DNA from: an uncultured Nitrospiraceae bacterium
GTDB taxonomy: Bacteria > Nitrospirota > Nitrospiria > Nitrospirales > Nitrospiraceae
Reading direction: 5' to 3'
Assembly (NCBI GenBank): GCA_963846575.1
Contig: CAWJWJ010000002.1
Location: 2,528,001-2,592,000, forward strand
DNA: 64,000 nucleotides
Part shown: in pieces, positions 57,998 to 64,000 of the stretch
How the letters are laid out: every line of letters starts with the position of its first letter
How positions within the stretch are numbered: position 1 is the stretch's first letter
Made by a program: the position numbers and the translations under genes
The notes under the pieces: generated by a model
Told to the model about the DNA's origin: nothing
Seen by the model: the letters and a program-made list of their open reading frames with translations, nothing else
The model's database searches: none

Positions 57998-59128
57998 ATG
58001 CGCCGTCTGCGACAGGCCACCTTGCCGCTGATCAGTCTCTGGATCGGACTCACGCTGCCACTGCTCGGCATGGAAATCCTATTGAGGTTCCTGCCGGTCA
58101 ATGAAGGTGCGCGACCGCAGGCCGTCACTCAGGATGATCCCGTCCGCCGTCTGGAGCCGCAGCGAACCTTTCTCTGGTCCAAGGGCTGGGACTTTGACAT
58201 CGTCAACCGCGTGCACACCAACAACTACGGATTCGTCAACGACCAGGAGTATGACCCCGCCGCTTCATCGCCGCTTCTAGCCCTCATCGGAGACAGTTAT
58301 GTGGAAGCGCTGATGGTCCCGTTTGCCGATAGCGTGGCAGGTCGGCTAGCCCGCGCCGCCACTCCCATGAAACGGGTCTATTCATTCGGCACGTCGAGTT
58401 CGGCGTTGAGCAGCTACTTAGCCTATGCCGCCTATGCAGAGAGGCAGTTCCGGCCTCAGGCTATGGTCTTTCTGATCATCGGAAACGATTTCGATGAGAG
58501 CCTGCTCAAATATAAGAACGAACCGGGGCACCATTACTTCGTTGAAGACGCCAGCGGCAATCTCGAACTCACCAGACTGGACTATGAGCCCGGACTCTGG
58601 CGCATCATCATCAGACGTTCGGCTCTTGTACGTTATCTGACTCTCAACACCGGCCTCCTTGACTTGCTGCTCAAACGGCAGCATTTGCCATTCGGTCGAC
58701 CGTCCAATGAGCCGGGTTTTGTCGGAAATACCAGCGCCACCGTCACACCCCTTCGCATGAGGGACTCACAACGCGCGGTCGATGCATTCCTGGCCTCACT
58801 TGCAGGAGCCTCGGGCCTGCAGTCTGAACGTATCTTGTTCGTAATGGACGGAATGCGCCCTCACCTGTACGACACATCGCTGCATCAGCAGGCGGCCGAC
58901 TCCTACGTCGGTCAGATGCGTCGCTATTTCATGGACCGGGCGACAGAGAAGGGTTTCGAAGTCGTCGATCTGCAAAGAGACTTTTCCGAGCATTACGAAC
59001 AACACCATCAGCGGTTCGAATTTTCGATCGATAGCCATTGGAACTCGTTAGGCCATGAATCGGCTTTCGATGCCATCACCCGATCAAAACTCTACGCCTG
59101 GTTTCATTCCGACGCTCCAGCCCGTTAA
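57998..59128 (+). CDS. SGNH/GDSL-like membrane-anchored protein (AlgJ/AlgX-like)
   Basis: N-terminal TM, GDSYVE, GND, D.HWN..GH motifs. Confidence 0.65.
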   Translation: MRRLRQATLPLISLWIGLTLPLLGMEILLRFLPVNEGARPQAVTQDDPVRRLEPQRTFLWSKGWDFDIVNRVHTNNYGFVNDQEYDPAASSPLLALIGDSYVEALMVPFADSVAGRLARAATPMKRVYSFGTSSSALSSYLAYAAYAERQFRPQAMVFLIIGNDFDESLLKYKNEPGHHYFVEDASGNLELTRLDYEPGLWRIIIRRSALVRYLTLNTGLLDLLLKRQHLPFGRPSNEPGFVGNTSATVTPLRMRDSQRAVDAFLASLAGASGLQSERILFVMDGMRPHLYDTSLHQQAADSYVGQMRRYFMDRATEKGFEVVDLQRDFSEHYEQHHQRFEFSIDSHWNSLGHESAFDAITRSKLYAWFHSDAPAR

Positions 59129-59433
59129 GCCCGATTCAGAAAATTCCTGTCGCTCCTCGAGCCATTCCTATTCGGAAAGCCAGCGGTCAGACGACTCTCT
59201 GCATGTGCGATGGGAACGTTTCCGGACGATGCCGTACCGGGAAAGTGACCGCTAATACGTGCATTGCCTCCCGTACCTTCACTTGCAATCCACAGGTAGG
59301 CAGCGGTATATATTCCTCGCTCTTTATCTAGGGCCATCCGGCTATAGCCTCGCCAGCAACCGGTCACTGTATTGAATCGATACATGCACTCAGAGGAGTG
59401 GGGGGAGAATCCACTGGAAGGAACGAGGGAATC

Positions 59434-59586
59434 ATGAAAGAGCAGAATGTCGTCTGGAAGCCATCACCATTCAGTGATCTCGACCTCCACAACAGGAAAT
59501 TTAAGCGTCTCGCCATCGTCTCCGCACTGTTGTTCCTCGGGGTCATCAGCCTGCTCATATTCCAGATCGTGGAGGGAATGAAGTAG
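59434..59586 (+). CDS. Small single-pass membrane protein (50 aa)
   Basis: GAGGGA RBS; basic stretch followed by hydrophobic helix [18 protein letters not shown]. Confidence 0.5.
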   Translation: MKEQNVVWKPSPFSDLDLHNRKFKRLAIVSALLFLGVISLLIFQIVEGMK

Positions 59587-59706
59587 TCACTGCCGTCTCG
59601 TCCGCCTGTCCCTACGGCTTCCGGCAGCACGCGCTGTGTTCCGCGAACCAGCCGTCACCATTCTCCGGGTTTGCAATACCGACCAACTCAGCCGTATCAT
59701 CGCCAC

Positions 59707-59901
59707 ATGATCATTCAGCTGAGCCATCCGCAACGCCAAGTCGAAATCAAAGGCCCCAAGCGCACGAAGGAATTGCTGCGCGAACTGAATCTCGTGCTTG
59801 AGGCGCATCTCGTGATCCGTGGTGACGATCTGGTCACGGAGGACGAAATGCTGGCCGATGCCGATCAGATCGAAATACGTCCGGTCATTTCCGGCGGCTG
59901 A
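59707..59901 (+). CDS. ThiS/MoaD-like sulfur carrier (TtuB-like)
   Basis: 64 aa, ends IEIRPVISGG; directly upstream of a TtuA homologue. Confidence 0.85.
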   Translation: MIIQLSHPQRQVEIKGPKRTKELLRELNLVLEAHLVIRGDDLVTEDEMLADADQIEIRPVISGG

Positions 59902-59940
59902 TCGAACCATTCCTAACCGCTCTCCGTCTATGGGTCACTC

Positions 59941-60948
59941 ATGAATTGCGGGAAGTGCAAAACCAAGGCCGTGATCAGTTTACCGCGGCACAATGCCGCC
60001 TTCTGCAAGGGCTGCTTCACGGGCTTCGTGCATGAGCAGGTGGCGCGCGCCATTAAAGCTTTCAAGATGTTCAAACCAGACGATCGTATCCTCGTGGCAG
60101 TCTCCGGCGGCAAAGACAGCCTGGCGCTGTGGCACATCCTGCTCAAACTCGGGTATCGAGCCGACGCGCTGTACGTAAACCTCGGCATCGGGGCCTACTC
60201 CGAGGAGTCGCACCGGAAAGTCCGGGCCTATGCAGACACGATGGCCGCGGAATATGGCGCCACCCTGCTGGTCCATGTCGTCGAACAAGAGGCCGGGGCG
60301 GGCATTCGCGAGTTGGCGACCATTCTGCATCGTCCGACCTGCTCGACCTGCGGCACCATCAAACGGTACCAGTTTAACCGCGCCGCGGTGGAACAGAACT
60401 ATGATGTCATGGCCACCGGACACAATTTGGATGACGAGGCTGCGCGGTTGTTAGGCAATGTCCTGCACTGGCAGGAGGAATATCTGGACAAACAGAGTCC
60501 CACCTTACCGGCGTCCGTCGACGGGTTCGCAAAAAAGGTTAAACCCCTCTGCCGGCTGTCCGAACGCGAGATTGCGGCCTATGCGGTCGTGAATCGCATC
60601 GATTACATCGTCGAGGAGTGCCCCATGGCAAAAGGCTCCAAGATGCTCCTCTACAAAGACGTCTTGAACAAGCTGGAGACGGAATCACCGGGGACCAAGC
60701 AGCGTTTCTATTGGGGGTTTCTGGACAAGCAAATGAAACCGGAAGCGGCCCCGGAAACCATGGCGGAGAAAGACCAGCGCACCCTCTCGCCCTGCCTCTC
60801 TTGCGGACAACCCACCACCGCCGAAACCTGCTCGTATTGCAAAATGATGGCCAAGGCCAAGGTGCTCCCGCCCAGCCCAGGGCCTGAACATCACTTCGAG
60901 ATTCGGGCCTGCAGCAGAGCAATGGCCGAGGAACGAGGGGATCATTGA
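59941..60948 (+). CDS. ttuA: tRNA 2-thiolation protein, TtuA/Ncs6 family
   Basis: N-terminal CxxC-H-C zinc finger, SGGKDS PP-loop, CSTC, GHNLDD, ECP, C-terminal CxxC/CxxC. Confidence 0.8.
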   Translation: MNCGKCKTKAVISLPRHNAAFCKGCFTGFVHEQVARAIKAFKMFKPDDRILVAVSGGKDSLALWHILLKLGYRADALYVNLGIGAYSEESHRKVRAYADTMAAEYGATLLVHVVEQEAGAGIRELATILHRPTCSTCGTIKRYQFNRAAVEQNYDVMATGHNLDDEAARLLGNVLHWQEEYLDKQSPTLPASVDGFAKKVKPLCRLSEREIAAYAVVNRIDYIVEECPMAKGSKMLLYKDVLNKLETESPGTKQRFYWGFLDKQMKPEAAPETMAEKDQRTLSPCLSCGQPTTAETCSYCKMMAKAKVLPPSPGPEHHFEIRACSRAMAEERGDH

Positions 60949-61112
60949 TAAGGGAGCGGCGATTTCATTCCCGCCGACAAGCGCCTCGCCATAGATCGCG
61001 GCGTATGAATTCCTATTGAACAGTCTGTTCGGAAAATGCAGGCTTGCAATCCATGCAACGTCGGGAGAGCTGACAGCGAACAGGGTCAACGGGATTCCAA
61101 CGAGGAGTATCT

Positions 61113-62411
61113 ATGAGAAACAACCGACCCGCTCGTACCGCTCTGCGAATCCACTTGAACGCTGCCGCTGTGGTGATGGCCGTGTTATTGGCCGGTTGCG
61201 ATTACGGCCATCAACAGTTTCGTCCGTCATCGGAAGCGGCTTCTCTCCCCGGTCCGTTGGTGGTCGAGGTGGATGATTATGGCCGCTTCTGGGACCGCGA
61301 GGCGGCTGACGCAGCGCTGAAGGCGATCGCCGACGCTTCAGAGAATCAGAATACTATTCTGTCGGTCTTCATTCATGGCTGGCATCACAATGCCGATGAA
61401 TCGGACGATAACTTTCGAAATTTCAAAACCTCTCTTGAGAGGCTGCTTAGCAAGGTAGAAGAACCTCAGTCCGTCATGGCTCGACAGCAGCTCGGACTGA
61501 AGGAACACGTCACGGTGATCGGCTTATATGTGGGATGGCGAGGGCGTTCCCTGCCTGGGTGGCTGGACTATGTCACGTTCTGGGGACGCAAATCCGCCGC
61601 CGAACGCGTGGGCGACGGGGACCTGAGAGAATTCTTCGTCAAACTCCAGAAGTTATATATGCGTCGCAATCACGACTCTTCCAAGCAGACCTTTATGGGG
61701 TTGCTCACCATAGGCCATAGTTTCGGCGGACAGGTCCTTTTCAAAGTGATCTCGGGAGCCTTCGAGCGGGATCTGCTGAATGCCGTAGCCAATGCAACAC
61801 CGCAGCCGGCCGGCCCACCAAAACTCGTGGAGATCGTGAGCGGTCTCGGCGACATGACCGTACTGCTGAATCCGGCGCTGGAAGCGTTTCAGTACGAGAG
61901 GATAGATCGGCTGACGAGCGGGATCTCCTTTATGGACATCCAAGCGCCCGTGCTCTTGACGGTATCCGCCAAAGACGACAGCGCGAGAAAATACTGGTTT
62001 CCCGTGGCACGCAACCTCAACGTGTTGTTCCGGCCAAAGTTTCAGACCGATGAAATCAAGGAATTGTGGACGACGGCCCTGGGTGAGTATGAACCGCAAC
62101 AGACCCATGACCTCGAAGCCTCCAATGAGACGCAGCCGGCGAAGGACTCTGTCTACAGCAACTGCAAGATCCTGAAGCAGGACCTGACGGGCCGTCCGGT
62201 CCTATCGGGAGGCGCTGAGCTGTCCCCCAAGACTCGTGGAGAATACTCCCATAGTCCCGTCGTCATCGCGCATACCAGCAACAAGTTGGTTCAGGAGCAC
62301 AACGGCATCTTCGGGGAAAACTTCGGCGACTTCTTGATCGACTACGTGAGTTTTGTACAAGGCAAACGTCTGTGTTTGATTCGGGGCGGGCCTCCGGCTC
62401 CCACGCAGTGA
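61113..62411 (+). CDS. Lipoprotein, putative alpha/beta-hydrolase
   Basis: GAGGAG RBS, lipobox LLAG-C, FIHGW.HNA, GHSFG nucleophile elbow, LLNPA, C-terminal H. Confidence 0.7.
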   Translation: MRNNRPARTALRIHLNAAAVVMAVLLAGCDYGHQQFRPSSEAASLPGPLVVEVDDYGRFWDREAADAALKAIADASENQNTILSVFIHGWHHNADESDDNFRNFKTSLERLLSKVEEPQSVMARQQLGLKEHVTVIGLYVGWRGRSLPGWLDYVTFWGRKSAAERVGDGDLREFFVKLQKLYMRRNHDSSKQTFMGLLTIGHSFGGQVLFKVISGAFERDLLNAVANATPQPAGPPKLVEIVSGLGDMTVLLNPALEAFQYERIDRLTSGISFMDIQAPVLLTVSAKDDSARKYWFPVARNLNVLFRPKFQTDEIKELWTTALGEYEPQQTHDLEASNETQPAKDSVYSNCKILKQDLTGRPVLSGGAELSPKTRGEYSHSPVVIAHTSNKLVQEHNGIFGENFGDFLIDYVSFVQGKRLCLIRGGPPAPTQ

Positions 62412-62633
62412 CGCGAGGGGCGCCACACGGCTTCGTGGAATGTGTGGGTCCCACCCGACAGATAGGGCACGCCGATCACTCGGCGCTGCGTGAGCCTCAT
62501 AAACGGTCCGCCCTTGTTCTTCCATGCATCTCCCCGTGACCGGTCCGGGCGCTCCTTGCCCACGACGACCCTGCCCTCCATTCGAAAAATCCCTGGTACA
62601 ATGACCTCGTTGCGATGAGAGGACGAGACTCGC

Positions 62634-63626
62634 ATGGGGGACATGATTCGACTGCAGTCCGACGGATTGGTCGGACCCGACAGTACCTTTCACATCGATG
62701 CGTGGGGCAAAGCGGACATCAACCTGATCACACATGCCCATGCAGATCATGCGAGGTCGGGAAGCGAAGAATACTGGTGTGCCCGGGAGTGTGAGCCGAT
62801 TCTCCGGCATCGGCTCGGCCCGGCCATTCGAGTACGCTCCTTCCCCTACCGTCACCAGGTGCGCCTTGGTAATTCCTGGATCTCCTTTCATCCCGCAGGG
62901 CACATCCGGGGGTCCGCCCAAATCCGCATCGAACAGGGGTCATCAGTCTGGGTCGTGACAGGAGACTACAAACGCGACGCCGATCCGACCTGTGCAGAAT
63001 TTGAAGCAGTGCCTTGCGACACCCTGATCACGGAGGCCACGTTCGGTCTGCCTATCTTTCGCTGGACTTCTACAGCCAGGGTGGCCGAGCAGATCGTGGA
63101 GTGGTGGCAGGAGTGCCGCCGCGACGGCACGACCGCCCTCTTGTTCTGTTATGCCTTGGGCAAGGCGCAGCGGATTCTGTCGGAACTGGGCCGCCTCACA
63201 CAGGACGAGGTCCTGGTACATGGCGCGGTCGCCTCCCTCACGCAGATCTATCGGGACCAGGGTGTCCCGATGGTGCCGACGCGGCCGGTTAGCGATGCAG
63301 ATGGGCCGATCGAAGGGCGGCTCGTGTTGGCCCCCCCTTCCGCCCACCGCAGTCCCTGGATGAAGCGCTTTCGCTCCGTCTCCACGGCGTTCGCCTCCGG
63401 ATGGATGGCCGTGCGAGGGATCCGGCGGAGACGAGGATATCAGCGCGGCTTCGTCCTGTCCGACCATGCCGACTGGAGGGGACTGTTACAGACAGTCAGG
63501 GAATCCGGCGCCTCCCGGGTGCTGGTGACGCACGGAAGCACCGACACCCTTGCCCGATTCCTGCGCGAGGCGAAGACTGTTCGGGCCGAGCCCCTGGCGA
63601 CCGAATTCGGTGAGGGAGAGGACTAG
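62634..63626 (+). CDS. Ligase-associated DNA damage response exonuclease (MBL/beta-CASP-like)
   Basis: ITHAHADH, PAGHIRGSAQ, GDYK, ITEATFGLP, YALGKAQR, ASGWM, LSDHADW, THG. Confidence 0.9.
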   Translation: MGDMIRLQSDGLVGPDSTFHIDAWGKADINLITHAHADHARSGSEEYWCARECEPILRHRLGPAIRVRSFPYRHQVRLGNSWISFHPAGHIRGSAQIRIEQGSSVWVVTGDYKRDADPTCAEFEAVPCDTLITEATFGLPIFRWTSTARVAEQIVEWWQECRRDGTTALLFCYALGKAQRILSELGRLTQDEVLVHGAVASLTQIYRDQGVPMVPTRPVSDADGPIEGRLVLAPPSAHRSPWMKRFRSVSTAFASGWMAVRGIRRRRGYQRGFVLSDHADWRGLLQTVRESGASRVLVTHGSTDTLARFLREAKTVRAEPLATEFGEGED

Positions 63627-63627
63627 A

Positions 63628-64000
63628 GTGGAGGCCTTCGCCGCGTTATTCGAACACATCGACCAAACGACCTCGACCAACCAAAAGGTCTGGATCATGG
63701 CGGAGTTTTTTCGCCGGCAAGATCCTGAAACCTGCGCATGGGCGCTATTCTTCCTGTCCGGCCGGAAACCCAAACAGATAGTCGGCTCGGCGAAACTGCG
63801 GCAGTGGGCACAGACTCTGGCCGGCTATCCGGACTGGCTGATGGAGGAATGTTACGCGGCCGTGGGAGATACCGCTGAGATGGTCGCCCTCGTATTGGCG
63901 GGGGCCGGACACACGGGTTCGCGTCAGCCCACCGAAACCGTGTCGCTCGCTGAGTGGATGACCGAACGACTCTTGCCGCTGGCCGGCATGGACGCCGACG
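63628..64000 (+). CDS. ATP-dependent DNA ligase, 5' part (runs off the window)
   Basis: Hand translation from GTG 63628: MEAFAALFEHIDQTTSTNQK...AWALFFLSGRKPK...WLMEECYAAVGDTAE; follows the exonuclease as in Lhr-MPE-ligase-exonuclease clusters. Confidence 0.85.
   Translation, partial: MEAFAALFEHIDQTTSTNQKVWIMAEFFRRQDPETCAWALFFLSGRKPKQIVGSAKLRQWAQTLAGYPDWLMEECYAAVGDTAEMVALVLAGAGHTGSRQPTETVSLAEWMTERLLPLAGMDAD

Overview
GC-rich bacterial chromosomal segment, mostly core genome. Gene content and order suggest a Nitrospira-like organism (inference; no database search was run). Left part: moeA (partial)-mrp/apbC-tatC-degP/Q; a GT2 / GT-C-like / carbamoyltransferase envelope-modification trio; a pseudo-caspase lipoprotein; a monoheme cytochrome c; a long minus-strand block tolQ-tolR-tolA-tolB-pal-cpoB-cpoB-mutL-miaA-mtnP-pfkB-pilF-rodZ; tRNA-Asp, tRNA-Val, xerD, an LpoA-like gene and trpS. 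Centre (31-40 kb): an accessory patch with PilZ, DUF151, MBL hydrolase, an FGE-fold protein, a eukaryote-type protein arginine methyltransferase homologue, an exported FKBP and DUF5069. Right part: gltBD, ispB, DUF1015, a sigma54 response regulator, amgK-murU, an aldo/keto reductase, GH57-galT, ttuB-ttuA, and the start of the exonuclease/ATP-dependent ligase repair cluster. The most unusual element is the bacterial PRMT-like enzyme with a PqqD/RRE-like C-terminal helical domain (35281-36405). No CRISPR array, transposase, prophage or reverse transcriptase was seen.
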